DNA of 57,537 nt from Methanobrevibacter sp. (lineage in GTDB: Archaea > Methanobacteriota > Methanobacteria > Methanobacteriales > Methanobacteriaceae): assembly GCF_045541095.1 (NCBI RefSeq), contig NZ_JAZQIJ010000220.1:1-57537 (forward strand). The letters are read 5' to 3'. Both the position numbers and the translations under genes were made by a program. This document shows positions 33,607 to 44,083 of this stretch, piece after piece. Positions within the stretch are counted from its first letter, which is position 1. The number at the start of each line of letters is the position of its first letter. The notes beneath the pieces were generated by a model. The model did not search any database. It was not told the origin of the DNA and saw only the letters and a list, made by a program, of their open reading frames with translations.

Positions 33607-34971
33607 TCAATTTCCTAAAATATGCTTTATAACCTTGTCTTTTTTGGCGATAGCTGCATCTGAAGCTTTTTGAACTTTTTCTTTCATTTCTTCAAAGTCT
33701 TCAGGAGTTGTTTCACCAACCAGTTTTTTGATTTTGGTATATGCCGCTTCCCTGAACAATGGAACCAATTTCTCTTCGGTTGAATCCTCTTTAATTAAAA
33801 TTGGTTCACCGGAGTTATTTACCTCTCCAATTTCAGAAATATCTACATCATATTTAGCCACGGCTTTTTTAATGTCCCCTACAATTTCTGGAGGTGCAAT
33901 AAGCATCAGTGAATCTGTTGAAACTCCCAATGGATCGATGTTTAGGGTTTCAAGCATGTTCAATACATTAGGTGCAACCATCTTCCTAATTTCTGATTCA
34001 TAAAATTCCAATCCGACACCGGTTGTATTTGATATTTCATGAGCGTCGCCTCTAAGACCTCCGTTTGTAACGTCAGTCATTGCATGGATGTCTTTTACAA
34101 GGTCTGCTTCAAACAATGCATGTGATGCCTGAACAAAATTGACGTTCATTGTATCCCATACAACATCGAAAAATCCGTTGTAGAGCGCTGTTGTTGTGAT
34201 TGTTCCGCCGCCGGAACCTTCAGTCAAAAGGATAATGTCGCCTTCGGTTGCTCCTTTTCTTGCGGTTGGAGGGTATGCTGATACTCCAACACTTCCAACT
34301 GCTGAAACGAATCTGTCACCTAAAACCATGTCTCCACCGACACGAAGAGTACTTCCTGCAACAATTGGAACGTCAACAAGTTCTGATACAGCAGCAACTC
34401 CTGCTGTAAAGTCAAATATCTTAGCAACATCCCCATCGTCTGCAAGATGGACATCGCTTAATATTGCAACCGGATCTGCTCCCATTACACAAACGTCACG
34501 AAGTGTTGCTCTTGTAACATGAAATCCTCCTAAAAACGGATATTCGCTTAAACGTGAGTGTATACCGTCAACGGCAGTGGTGATATAAACTTCATCATTT
34601 TTAACCGGAGCTTTTACAACTCCACCGTCATCCTGTTCTGACGGATTGACAAGTGAAGCGGTGTTTGTGGATGATACGATTTCAGCGATTTTTCTGTGGA
34701 CAAAAAAGTCTCCTGCTCCACGGGATCCTACACCCATCTCACCCATGAGTACATCCGCCTTATTTACACTTGCAATTTCCTTTAAGAACTCATCATCACT
34801 TTCGTTTAATTTTAATGTGGTTTGAACTTCATCAATGACCGCTTTGGCCATTTCAACAGAGTTTTCCTCAGAGATGTTTTTATACTCCCTGATTCTTACG
34901 GCCAAAATGTCAGCCAAATCATCATAATCAACATCATCAATTCTTTTTCTAACAAATCCTTCAATATCCAT
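33607..34971 (-). CDS. AIR synthase-related (PurM/HypE/ThiL fold) protein
   Basis: GVGSRG-x-GDF, DDGG, DGIHSRL and MTDVTNGG. Confidence 0.85.
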   Translation of the reverse strand: MDIEGFVRKRIDDVDYDDLADILAVRIREYKNISEENSVEMAKAVIDEVQTTLKLNESDDEFLKEIASVNKADVLMGEMGVGSRGAGDFFVHRKIAEIVSSTNTASLVNPSEQDDGGVVKAPVKNDEVYITTAVDGIHSRLSEYPFLGGFHVTRATLRDVCVMGADPVAILSDVHLADDGDVAKIFDFTAGVAAVSELVDVPIVAGSTLRVGGDMVLGDRFVSAVGSVGVSAYPPTARKGATEGDIILLTEGSGGGTITTTALYNGFFDVVWDTMNVNFVQASHALFEADLVKDIHAMTDVTNGGLRGDAHEISNTTGVGLEFYESEIRKMVAPNVLNMLETLNIDPLGVSTDSLMLIAPPEIVGDIKKAVAKYDVDISEIGEVNNSGEPILIKEDSTEEKLVPLFREAAYTKIKKLVGETTPEDFEEMKEKVQKASDAAIAKKDKVIKHILGN

Positions 34972-34973
34972 AG

Positions 34974-35570
34974 TTACTTCTCCAAGTTAGTGAAATTCTT
35001 TAAAATTTTTAATCCTGCTTTAGCGCTTTTTTCCGGATGAAATTGTGTAGAAAACAAATTATTTTCGCTTAAACTAGCTACAACTTCCATTCCATAATCA
35101 CAGGTTCCTGCAATTATATCTTCATCATCTGCAATTACATGATAAGAATGAACAAAATAAAAATACTCTCCGTCAATGCCTTCGAGAATAGGTGAGTTGT
35201 TGCAAACTTTCAGCCTGTTCCATCCCATATGAGGAATCTTTACACCCTCCGGCAGTCTTTCAACACGGCCGTCAAACAATCCAAGTCCTTTTACGCCAGG
35301 AGATTCTTCGCTTTCACCCATCAACACTTGCTGACCTAAACAAATTCCCAAAAATGGCTTATCGTCAGTGACATGTTCATTTATAACATCCTCAAATGGC
35401 TTTAAGTTTTCCATCGCACTTCCAAATGCTCCAACACCAGGCAATACCAAATAATCGCTGTTGGCAATGATTTCCTTATCATCGGTTATTTGATAGTCCG
35501 CACCGATTTTTCTAAAACCGTTTGAAATGCTTTTTAGATTTCCGCTTTTATAATCAATAATTGTTATCAT
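34974..35570 (-). CDS. hisH: Imidazole glycerol phosphate synthase glutaminase subunit
   Basis: [24 protein letters not shown] and QFHPEKS. Confidence 0.96.
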   Translation of the reverse strand: MITIIDYKSGNLKSISNGFRKIGADYQITDDKEIIANSDYLVLPGVGAFGSAMENLKPFEDVINEHVTDDKPFLGICLGQQVLMGESEESPGVKGLGLFDGRVERLPEGVKIPHMGWNRLKVCNNSPILEGIDGEYFYFVHSYHVIADDEDIIAGTCDYGMEVVASLSENNLFSTQFHPEKSAKAGLKILKNFTNLEK

Positions 35571-36652
35571 TCGTTCAACCACCCAATAGTTGCCCTGATC
35601 ATCTCACCAAAGTCTGAAAATACTATTTCATCGGTTCCCAATGTTTTTGAGTGGGCATCAAGTTCTGCAACGACGTGGGAAAAGCCCAATTCCCTCAAAG
35701 GTTCAACCAGACGTGGCCCATCAGTTACTGCAACTGACTCCATATCAAATTCCTCAATCGGAAATGCATGAGGTACACCAAATACTACCATCAAGTCCAA
35801 ACCCATATCTTTCAAGTATTCGGCAGCCTTTTTACCTGTAATCGGATATTCGTCAAGTCCTCCTGTAATGAAATCCGGTTCAATACCTAATTGATCCTTA
35901 ATGTTAACCGCATGCTGTCTGATTCTTGGAAGTCCAATATTTTCATCAAGATTTGCAACAAAAATCGGCTTGTTTTCAGGATTTATTTCAGCATAGTCGA
36001 AATTGATGATGTCAGCAAACAGATATGATGTTTCCTTTTTAACGTTTAAGACAAAGGCAACTTTTTTATTATCTTTTAAAGCCTGAACAACAGTTTTGGC
36101 AACTTTTTCCTTGGAATCACCGAAATTAGGCTTTATGTATTTGCCCTGAGCCATACCTCTAGTCTTTTCAACTTCGGTTGCCTTTTCAAGCATTTCAATT
36201 TGCCTGTCAGCTTCCTCCTGTGGAATTACACCGGCTTCAACTGCGGCATCCAAAGCCATTATTGCACCAACGGTGTTATCGCCCTCACCGGAACCCCCAT
36301 GAGATTCAACAGGGATTACAGTGCATGGCAAATCTGCAGTTGCTATGGCATCCTTTAAATCTTCACCAATAATCATACTGGCACATGTTCCTGCAATTCC
36401 GATAAGTTCCGGTTCAAACAAATCATAAGCTTCAACTAATGTATCTACTAGCTTTTCACCAGCTCCCAATATAAAATCATTTTCAGACATTCCTGTAGTC
36501 ACAACACGAACCCCATCACCTTCTAAAAGCCTGGCTGTTCTAAAACAACACCCGGTAGGGCCATGCATTACAATAACATCGACATTCATATCCCTTAATG
36601 TATAAAGAGTAGCTGCAATCGGACTTGGTCTTGGATGTATAATTTTTATCAA
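35567..36652 (-). CDS. cfbD: Ni-sirohydrochlorin a,c-diamide reductive cyclase catalytic subunit (F430 synthesis)
   Basis: [35 protein letters not shown] and DAHSKTLG. Confidence 0.9.
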   Translation of the reverse strand: MIKIIHPRPSPIAATLYTLRDMNVDVIVMHGPTGCCFRTARLLEGDGVRVVTTGMSENDFILGAGEKLVDTLVEAYDLFEPELIGIAGTCASMIIGEDLKDAIATADLPCTVIPVESHGGSGEGDNTVGAIMALDAAVEAGVIPQEEADRQIEMLEKATEVEKTRGMAQGKYIKPNFGDSKEKVAKTVVQALKDNKKVAFVLNVKKETSYLFADIINFDYAEINPENKPIFVANLDENIGLPRIRQHAVNIKDQLGIEPDFITGGLDEYPITGKKAAEYLKDMGLDLMVVFGVPHAFPIEEFDMESVAVTDGPRLVEPLRELGFSHVVAELDAHSKTLGTDEIVFSDFGEMIRATIGWLNE

Positions 36653-36733
36653 CTCTCAAAATTTTTATAATAAATAATTATTTTAAATTCTTAATTTATA
36701 TAATTATACAATTAAGCAATTGGGAGTAGTATT

Positions 36734-37132
36734 ATGAAACTTGACAAAAAAATCCTAGAGGAAAAAATCAGAGAATACAGAAAATTCAAAAGCTGTTCAG
36801 AATCAACACTGATGGGACTTTGCGAAACTGCCGAATACCCTATAAGCCAGGACCAAATGGTAAAATTAGGATGCGGATTTGCAGGTGGAATCGGCGGAAC
36901 ATTTGATGAGGGAACCTGCGGTGCAGTAACCGGAGCAATAATAGCAAACGGTCTGGTTGTAGACGACCCGGCAAAAATCAAAGCAAATGCCAAAGAAATA
37001 TTTAATTCTTTTAAAGAAGAATACGGAAGCGTTTGCTGCGGTACCATAACCAACAACGGAGAGGACAAGTCCCCATGCGTTGACTGCTGTGTATTCATTG
37101 CAAACAAAGTTGCGGATTTGTGGGATGAATAA
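36734..37132 (+). CDS. C-GCAxxG-C-C family redox-active protein
   Basis: SCSES, GFAGG, TCGAVTG, VCC and PC motifs. Confidence 0.85.
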   Translation: MKLDKKILEEKIREYRKFKSCSESTLMGLCETAEYPISQDQMVKLGCGFAGGIGGTFDEGTCGAVTGAIIANGLVVDDPAKIKANAKEIFNSFKEEYGSVCCGTITNNGEDKSPCVDCCVFIANKVADLWDE

Positions 37133-37133
37133 T

Positions 37134-37160
37134 GTTAACATCCCCGTTAACTCTTTTTTT
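37134..37160 (+). terminator. Short hairpin plus U-tract
   Basis: GTTAAC-atcccc-GTTAAC then T7 immediately after the stop codon. Confidence 0.45.
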
Positions 37161-37204
37161 ACATCCCATATTTACTCAAACTGATAAAAATCTTTTAAAT
37201 TTTT

Positions 37205-37717
37205 TTATAAGTAACCTACCATATCCTCCATACTTACATTTCTGGAATGTAATGGAGAAGGCTTTGATTTTTCTGAAGGATATCCTATAGGGAGCAATGC
37301 TACTGAAACAAGATTATCCGGCAAGCCAAATAAATCATCCAAAACCCTTTTGTCATATCCTCTTACCCAAACTGATCCGATTCCCCAATCATATGCCTCC
37401 AGCATCATCTGTGTTGTAGCGATTGTTGCATCGTCAAGCCCCGCATCATGCCCATCAACAGTTTTCCAAGATACATTTTTGTCATGACAAATTAATAGGA
37501 CAATAGGTGCATTAAAACAATATGGAGTAAATGATCTGACCTTTTCAAGTCCTTCTTTACTTTTAATCACGAAAATACGTTGTGGCTAAAAATTATTTCC
37601 GCTAGGTGCAACCTGGGCGGCTTTCAATATCTTTTCCAGTTTTTCATCTTCAATTTGCTTGTCACTATATTTCCTAACTGAATATCTTTCACTTGCAAGC
37701 TGTAAAAAGTCTTTCAT
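37205..37717 (-). pseudogene. Nitroreductase interrupted by an in-frame TAG
   Basis: MKDFLQLASERYSVRKY...APSGNNF*PQRIF continues in frame into the ORF-track 121-aa ORF; TAG at 37586-37588. Confidence 0.85.
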
Positions 37718-37889
37718 TATATCGCCTAAATTTATTTAATGTAATATAATATAGTCATGAAATTAATAAGAAGTTTGGTTTTAACGTTGAAATTTGTAAA
37801 GAAGAATTTTCATTAAAATATATCTAAAATAACAATTTTTTAAAAAAAATGCTGAAAATTTATAAAATAATAAAAAAATAATTATAATC

Positions 37890-38582
37890 ATGACTGATTT
37901 TTTTAAAATTGAAGGGCAGAATGAAGATGTGCCTTTCTATAACGGCATCCCAGAAATATCCAAATTAAGCTGGATTGTACTGGTAATCGGTTTGATACTA
38001 TATCTGATAACCTCCAGATACATAATCAATTCAATAAGCGAACTGCAGTTTTCACTACTTTCAACAGCTGTTATTTTAATCCCCATATTGTATGTAACTA
38101 AAGGAAAAATAACATTATTTTTTAAGGGATTGTCATATAAGGATATTGTTCCCATAATTGGATTTGCCCTGGCAGGGCTGATTTATTCATACATAATCGC
38201 AATTATCTTAAGCGGAAATCTTCATGCCGGAATAGCTCCCGGAGGATATACAAACATTAATGAACTGATTATTCTGGCAGTTCAGCTGATAGGGGAAGAA
38301 CTCTTTAAAATTATAATGCTCGTTTTATTCATGGCAGCAATATACAAATTTTCCAAAAACCGTAAACTGTCCATTATACTTGCAGGCTTACAGACATTGA
38401 TTATATTTGGACTCTGCCATGAAACCGGAATAGAAACACTTCACAAAGTGTTGCTTGTTCAGGGTTTCGGTTCAGTTTTTAATTTGATTCTCTATATACA
38501 GACCAAAAATGTTACTGCAACCTATGCAAGCCATTTTATCTACGATCTGCTTCCGGATATGATTGCATTGATGCATTTCTAA
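37890..38582 (+). CDS. CPBP-family membrane protease-like protein
   Basis: PFYNG N-terminus; GEELFK, FGLCH and HFIYD. Confidence 0.75.
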   Translation: MTDFFKIEGQNEDVPFYNGIPEISKLSWIVLVIGLILYLITSRYIINSISELQFSLLSTAVILIPILYVTKGKITLFFKGLSYKDIVPIIGFALAGLIYSYIIAIILSGNLHAGIAPGGYTNINELIILAVQLIGEELFKIIMLVLFMAAIYKFSKNRKLSIILAGLQTLIIFGLCHETGIETLHKVLLVQGFGSVFNLILYIQTKNVTATYASHFIYDLLPDMIALMHF

Positions 38583-38590
38583 AAAAAATA

Positions 38591-39955
38591 TTAACCATCC
38601 ATTTCCGGCTTTAGCTTTCTGATTGTGTATTTTGCATAGATAAAGTTCAGAATGGATGCAAGAATTCTTCCAACCGCAAGACCTACCCAAATACCAAGCA
38701 GACCCCAATTGAAGACCATTCCAAACAGATATGTGAAACTGACGGTGAATATTAGCTCCCTTATAATTGTCCATGCGAGACTTGTTGTTCCACGGCCAAT
38801 TCCCTGGTACATGAAGCTTGACGGCATACCAATACCCACCAGAAGCAATCCAAAGCATGCAATCTGTAAAAATCTTGTGATTTCGGGAATTAAAACTGAA
38901 GTTTCAGGAGTATATGCAAAAATCAGTGCCAATTGTGGGGCAAATACTACAAGTATAAACAAAATAACCATTGAAACTGCCATCGCAAATTTTGTACCAT
39001 ATGAATGGGTTCTTCTAAGATAATCCCAGTTTCGAGCACCGAATGCACTTCCGCTGACGGCTGCAACAGCACTGCCTATAGCTGTCAGAGGCATGATTCC
39101 AAACAGATATAATCTTTGACCTGATGTGAATGCTGCAATACCATATTCTCCGCCGACAGATGAAATGAACATCAGATAAAAACTCATTGCAATTGACATC
39201 ATGAACATATCCAGTGAAGACGGAATACCCACTTTTAGAATATCCTTTACGATGTTTGAATCAAATTTAAAACCTTTGAATGTGACATGTACATATGTAT
39301 CCTTTTTGATTAAAATCCAGTACATGATTACCAGTGCAGAACCTATGGAGCTGACAATTGTTGCAAGAGCCGCACCGGCAGAACCTAAATTCAGCACATA
39401 GATAAAAACAGGGTCCAAAACAAAGTTCAGGATTACAGATACAATTATCGCATACATCGCCCGTTTCATGTCTCCTTCCCCACGAAGAATACCGCTTCCA
39501 CCATTGGCAAACATGAATCCGAATAAACCTAAAAATAAAGGAGTTCCATATTTTATCCCTTCAACCAATGACTGTCCACTGGCCCCATATGTCTTAAGCA
39601 GAGGCTCCTGAATGACAATTAAAATGAAAGTCAACAATATTGATGCTGCTAAAAATATCAAAAGAGAATGTGTTGCGGATTTACTGGCCCTTTCATGATC
39701 TTTAGCCCCAACGGCACGGCTGATACTGCTGGTTGCACCATTTCCGAGACCGATACTGAAACCGTTCAAAATCATGAAAATCGGCGTTACAAAACCGATT
39801 CCGGCAATAGCTGCCTGACCCAGTCCTGCAATCCATACCCCGTCAACAATGTTATATGATGCTGTTAAAAGCATTGATATCATTATTGGAATAGTCAGTT
39901 TTCTGACGGCTATTTCCGGTTCCCCTCTCATCAACTCAACATTTTTATTAGCCAT
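38591..39955 (-). CDS. MATE efflux transporter
   Basis: YNIVD, ILRGEGD and LNFVLDP; about 12 TM. Confidence 0.92.
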   Translation of the reverse strand: MANKNVELMRGEPEIAVRKLTIPIMISMLLTASYNIVDGVWIAGLGQAAIAGIGFVTPIFMILNGFSIGLGNGATSSISRAVGAKDHERASKSATHSLLIFLAASILLTFILIVIQEPLLKTYGASGQSLVEGIKYGTPLFLGLFGFMFANGGSGILRGEGDMKRAMYAIIVSVILNFVLDPVFIYVLNLGSAGAALATIVSSIGSALVIMYWILIKKDTYVHVTFKGFKFDSNIVKDILKVGIPSSLDMFMMSIAMSFYLMFISSVGGEYGIAAFTSGQRLYLFGIMPLTAIGSAVAAVSGSAFGARNWDYLRRTHSYGTKFAMAVSMVILFILVVFAPQLALIFAYTPETSVLIPEITRFLQIACFGLLLVGIGMPSSFMYQGIGRGTTSLAWTIIRELIFTVSFTYLFGMVFNWGLLGIWVGLAVGRILASILNFIYAKYTIRKLKPEMDG

Positions 39956-40015
39956 ATTAATCATACAAAAAATAGTTTATAAATTATATTTAGATAATGG
40001 ATTTAATAATGTTTT

Positions 40016-41017
40016 TCATATTGTCCAATTAACAATGAGCAAAATAACCAAAAGAATTACGTTTAAAATTGTAAATACCAACAGATATCTGGATTTAAAT
40101 TGATTGTGCTCACGAACAAGAATATTATAGGAAATCAGGTTGGCCATAGATGCAATAAGACTTCCAAAACCTCCAATATTGATTCCGACAATTATTGCTT
40201 CATAATTAGTGCTGAATCCACTGAGAAGCATTGCTGCTGGAACATTTGAAATGAACTGGGATGAAATTACAGCGCACAAAACCTCATTGCCGACAATCAA
40301 ATTCCTCAGTGCAGAATTAATGAATGGAATATTTTCCAAATTGCCTATCAATATGAAAAGAGCTATGAAAGTCAAAAGAAGATAGTAATCGACACCTAGA
40401 AAAACCCTTTTTAAGAAATTTCTCCTGTCAACTTCGAGTTTACCCATATCCGGCAAAACAATATCCCTTTTTGGAATGAAAAATGATACAATCATTAAAA
40501 ATAATACCGATACAAGGATATAAGGCAAAAGCAACAGGAAAAATGATTCAAATGAAACATTAGACACAGTATACATTACAATATTATGCGGTGCACCGAT
40601 TGGAAGAACCATACATCCAACATTAGCTGCAATTGTCTCCAATGAAACAGCCCATATTGCCAAATCAAGCCTATCAACTTTTTTTAAGGCAAGTAAAGTG
40701 AATGGAACAAATATAATTAATGAAACATCATTTGTAATGAATATTGAACTAATAAAAACGGTGAAAACCAAAAACAATACAAGCCGGCGAGTATTTTTAA
40801 CCTTACCCAATAATTTTCGAACCAAACGCTCAAAAATAGCGAGATTTTTAAGAATCTCAACAACAATCATTATAATTAAAAGTAAAAATATTGTCTGCCA
40901 ATTAATGTAATTCAGATAATTAATGCTTGGCTTTACAAAAAAACAGGAAATGATAGCCAATATTAAGGATATAGAAAAAACAGTTTCATTTCTAAAAAAA
41001 TTTATCAGTCTATCCAT
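40016..41017 (-). CDS. IT-superfamily (SLC13/CitMHS/ArsB-like) transporter
   Basis: ITNDV, AANVG, PIGAPHN, ISNVPA and IASMAN. Confidence 0.82.
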   Translation of the reverse strand: MDRLINFFRNETVFSISLILAIISCFFVKPSINYLNYINWQTIFLLLIIMIVVEILKNLAIFERLVRKLLGKVKNTRRLVLFLVFTVFISSIFITNDVSLIIFVPFTLLALKKVDRLDLAIWAVSLETIAANVGCMVLPIGAPHNIVMYTVSNVSFESFFLLLLPYILVSVLFLMIVSFFIPKRDIVLPDMGKLEVDRRNFLKRVFLGVDYYLLLTFIALFILIGNLENIPFINSALRNLIVGNEVLCAVISSQFISNVPAAMLLSGFSTNYEAIIVGINIGGFGSLIASMANLISYNILVREHNQFKSRYLLVFTILNVILLVILLIVNWTI

Positions 41018-41038
41018 AATATCGCTTTTTGGTTTGAA

Positions 41039-41353
41039 CTAATCCGCATCCTCATCCAAGGTTTCCAGCAAAAAACTTACCGGCCTAAAACCGTCATTGC
41101 AGGAAATCATTGCGGATTTTTTATTTTTCATCCAGCCGTCATAAAAATCACTTGCGCCATTTGCCAAAGCCATTACGAACGGTGAAAGGCTTTCCCATGC
41201 ACTATCGCAGAAATTATCAGGTATTTTCCATCCGTTTGCAATGAAAACTTGACCCTCTTCAACATCACATTCATGCTCCAAAGGATTTTCATATTTCTCA
41301 ATCAAATCGTCATGTCTGACTTTGCGAATCACTGTGATTTTAACCTTTTTCAT
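41039..41353 (-). CDS. TIGR04076-family protein
   Basis: FCDSAW and ISCNDGFRPVSF. Confidence 0.8.
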   Translation of the reverse strand: MKKVKITVIRKVRHDDLIEKYENPLEHECDVEEGQVFIANGWKIPDNFCDSAWESLSPFVMALANGASDFYDGWMKNKKSAMISCNDGFRPVSFLLETLDEDAD

Positions 41354-41357
41354 GTTA

Positions 41358-41915
41358 TCACCCTAAAACATCCAAATCACTTTTTTCATATTTGTTATGT
41401 CCTTTGATGGATTTTTTATAATTCCAGCACTTAATGGCATCATCAAGAGATTTGTCATCATTGTCCTCAAAGAAATCCCTGATATACTGATTATACTGGA
41501 ATTGCTTGCTAATTTTTGTCTTTTCCTTTGAGTTTTGAATTTCATAATATGCTTCAATCGCATCACTGTAGGTCTTTTCTGGATTTGCCTTCAGCCACTT
41601 TTGAAACCTTACATTAAACTTAAAACTATTTCCGATATGCTGTTTGAAAAATTCACGCTTGTCCTCACTGCATTTGAAATTACTTCCCAATTTTGAGTCC
41701 AAATCAAATTCCGCAGAAGTTTCATGAACCTGTCTTTTAACGGATTTTTCAACCAATTCCTCTCCAGTGGTAAGGTAATGGACAATTCTATTTTCCAAAT
41801 CCTGTTTGCTTCCGCTGATTTTCAAGCCTTCAGCTCGACAGAAATCCTTAAGTTCCTCTTTTAAAAAATAGTAATCCTTAAATTCCTCAGCGGTTAAATC
41901 TTTTGTTAGTTTCAT
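41358..41915 (-). CDS. SAP-domain / DUF6434-like protein
   Basis: YFLKEELKDFCR-x2-GL-x2-SGSK; QFQYNQYIRDFF. Confidence 0.75.
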   Translation of the reverse strand: MKLTKDLTAEEFKDYYFLKEELKDFCRAEGLKISGSKQDLENRIVHYLTTGEELVEKSVKRQVHETSAEFDLDSKLGSNFKCSEDKREFFKQHIGNSFKFNVRFQKWLKANPEKTYSDAIEAYYEIQNSKEKTKISKQFQYNQYIRDFFEDNDDKSLDDAIKCWNYKKSIKGHNKYEKSDLDVLG

Positions 41916-41942
41916 TTCTCTATAAAAAAAAGATAGAGGTTT

Positions 41943-43133
41943 TTAACCTCTTGTTATAATACTTATGATATCGCCGTCTTTAAGCTCATAATCACTTGCT
42001 ATGCGCATTTTTGACCTTGCATCAACGGCATGCATGAAATTGTCCCCAATGTCCGTGTGGACAAGATATGCCAATTCACGTGGATTTGAACCTCTTTTAA
42101 GCAAAATTCCGTCAGGCAAAACATTTCCTTTCTGGTCAGTGTATTTGTTTTCATCCTGAACAGGATAGACCACAATATTGTCCAAAAGATCAAAAATACC
42201 ATAATTTAATGCGTCCTGAACTCCCGTACTTCCGTATTTGTCCAAAATATTGGTTTGGATATATTCAAGAGCCTTGATTTGGTTAGCGTTCAATTTATCC
42301 TTTTCAAGAATTTCAAATGAACTGTCACCCGGAAGATAGCTAATCAAACCTGCTTCTGCCGCCCTTACAAGTGCAATTTCAGATTCGGCAGAAGTTGGAA
42401 TTACATTCGGATATTTTTCCTTGATTCTTTTGATATTCTCTTCGGAAGTCGGCAAATCGGCCTTGTTTGCAATAATCATCATCGGCTTTGCAATATGAAG
42501 GATATTTCTTGTAAGCTCAATCAGGTCTTCCTCTTCCCATTTGTTGTAATCAGGCTCGATATTTCTTTTAGCCTCAATGATATCTTCAATGGCAATTCCG
42601 GTTCCTGAAAGCTGGTCAAACAATACCTTTGAAATATCCAGGTGTTCAGCACCGACCTTTCTTATGAGCCTTACCCAATTTTTGGAGAGAATTCCATACA
42701 TCCACATCACGATTTCATTTTCGAGAAATTCCAAATCATCTAAAGGGTCATGACTTCCGGCATCGACCGGATTTCCTTCAAGATCAGTTGAACCTGAAGC
42801 ATCAATAACATTGATAAATACTTTGGCCTGCATTAATTCATCTAAAAACTTATTACCTAATCCTTTTCCTTCATGAGCACCAGGAACCAATCCTGCAACA
42901 TCTATTAATTCGATTGGAAGCAGTCTTTTTCCGTCTTTACAGATTGAATTGTGAGGATTGCATGTAACTCCTAATTCCTTACATGGACAATCTTTAATAA
43001 CATGTGCAACAGCCTTATTTGCATCAATTGTTGTAAATGGATAATTGGCCATTTCTACAGCAGATGCAGTAGCTGAATTAAAAAAGGATGATTTTCCTAC
43101 ATTTGGTTTTCCACAAACTGCAATTTGAAGCAT
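41943..43133 (-). CDS. ychF: Obg-like YchF ATPase (archaeal type)
   Basis: [21 protein letters not shown] and C-terminal TGS domain. Confidence 0.9.
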   Translation of the reverse strand: MLQIAVCGKPNVGKSSFFNSATASAVEMANYPFTTIDANKAVAHVIKDCPCKELGVTCNPHNSICKDGKRLLPIELIDVAGLVPGAHEGKGLGNKFLDELMQAKVFINVIDASGSTDLEGNPVDAGSHDPLDDLEFLENEIVMWMYGILSKNWVRLIRKVGAEHLDISKVLFDQLSGTGIAIEDIIEAKRNIEPDYNKWEEEDLIELTRNILHIAKPMMIIANKADLPTSEENIKRIKEKYPNVIPTSAESEIALVRAAEAGLISYLPGDSSFEILEKDKLNANQIKALEYIQTNILDKYGSTGVQDALNYGIFDLLDNIVVYPVQDENKYTDQKGNVLPDGILLKRGSNPRELAYLVHTDIGDNFMHAVDARSKMRIASDYELKDGDIISIITRG

Positions 43134-43213
43134 GATAATCACTTAATAATTAATAACATCTAAATGTTTGTTCTTAAAATTATAAATAGTTTCAGAAATG
43201 ATATAATAAATGT

Positions 43214-44083
43214 ATGAAAGATGAAAAAATAGAAACTCCACAAGCCATGAAAATCCGCCAGGGAATTCAGGATGCAATGACATATTCACTTCCTGACAAA
43301 AAGTTCAGCGAGAAAAACATAGACCTTGTAGAAATTGACATTGAGCTGGACAATCTCGGCTGGAACTTTCACAATTACAGGATTTTAAATTTAACTGATA
43401 TTCATTTGGGCCAGTGGGTCAATCCGGAATATCTTGATGCTCTTGTGGATTATGTCAATACCTTAAATTACGATTTGATTACACTTACCGGAGATTATGT
43501 TTCATATGTTCTTTCAGATTATGATGTGGTACTGAAAGACTGCTTTTCAAAATTAAAAGCTCAAGACGGAAAATTTGGAGTTTTTGGAAATCATGACCAC
43601 TGGATGAGTTCAAAAATAATGAGCGACATCTTTGAAAAGTCAGGGATTACAAATCTGAATAATGACGTTCATATTATTGAAAAAAACGGAGAATATATGA
43701 ATTTATGCGGTGTAGACAGCTGTACCGTATGTGCTGACAATCTAGATATCGTTCTGGAAAAATTAAAGGAAGATACACCAAGCATATTGCTCGCCCATGA
43801 ACCGGATTTTGCAAAAGAATCTTCAAAAACCGGAAAATTCGACCTTCAGATTTCCGGTCACTCTCATGGAGGCCAGTTCATCATACCCGGATTTAAAACA
43901 ACACCATTTAGAGGGCCGAACTCAACAAAATACCCTGTAGGACTTTACAAGGTTGAAAACATGATCCAATACACAAGTAAAGGCCTTGGAACAAATTCCT
44001 TCAGATTAAGGATTAATTGCAAACCGGAAATTACAATCATAACATTAAAATCCAGTGAAAAAAGACAAATACCGATAGAATGA
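43214..44083 (+). CDS. Calcineurin-like metallophosphoesterase (YkuE-like)
   Basis: DIH, GDY, GNHD, LAHEP and GHSHGGQ. Confidence 0.9.
   Translation: MKDEKIETPQAMKIRQGIQDAMTYSLPDKKFSEKNIDLVEIDIELDNLGWNFHNYRILNLTDIHLGQWVNPEYLDALVDYVNTLNYDLITLTGDYVSYVLSDYDVVLKDCFSKLKAQDGKFGVFGNHDHWMSSKIMSDIFEKSGITNLNNDVHIIEKNGEYMNLCGVDSCTVCADNLDIVLEKLKEDTPSILLAHEPDFAKESSKTGKFDLQISGHSHGGQFIIPGFKTTPFRGPNSTKYPVGLYKVENMIQYTSKGLGTNSFRLRINCKPEITIITLKSSEKRQIPIE

Noticed and set aside
35567-36652. Nitrogenase NifD
   Set aside because: The short length and [10 protein letters not shown]-terminus fit CfbD; no nifH or nifK cluster is present
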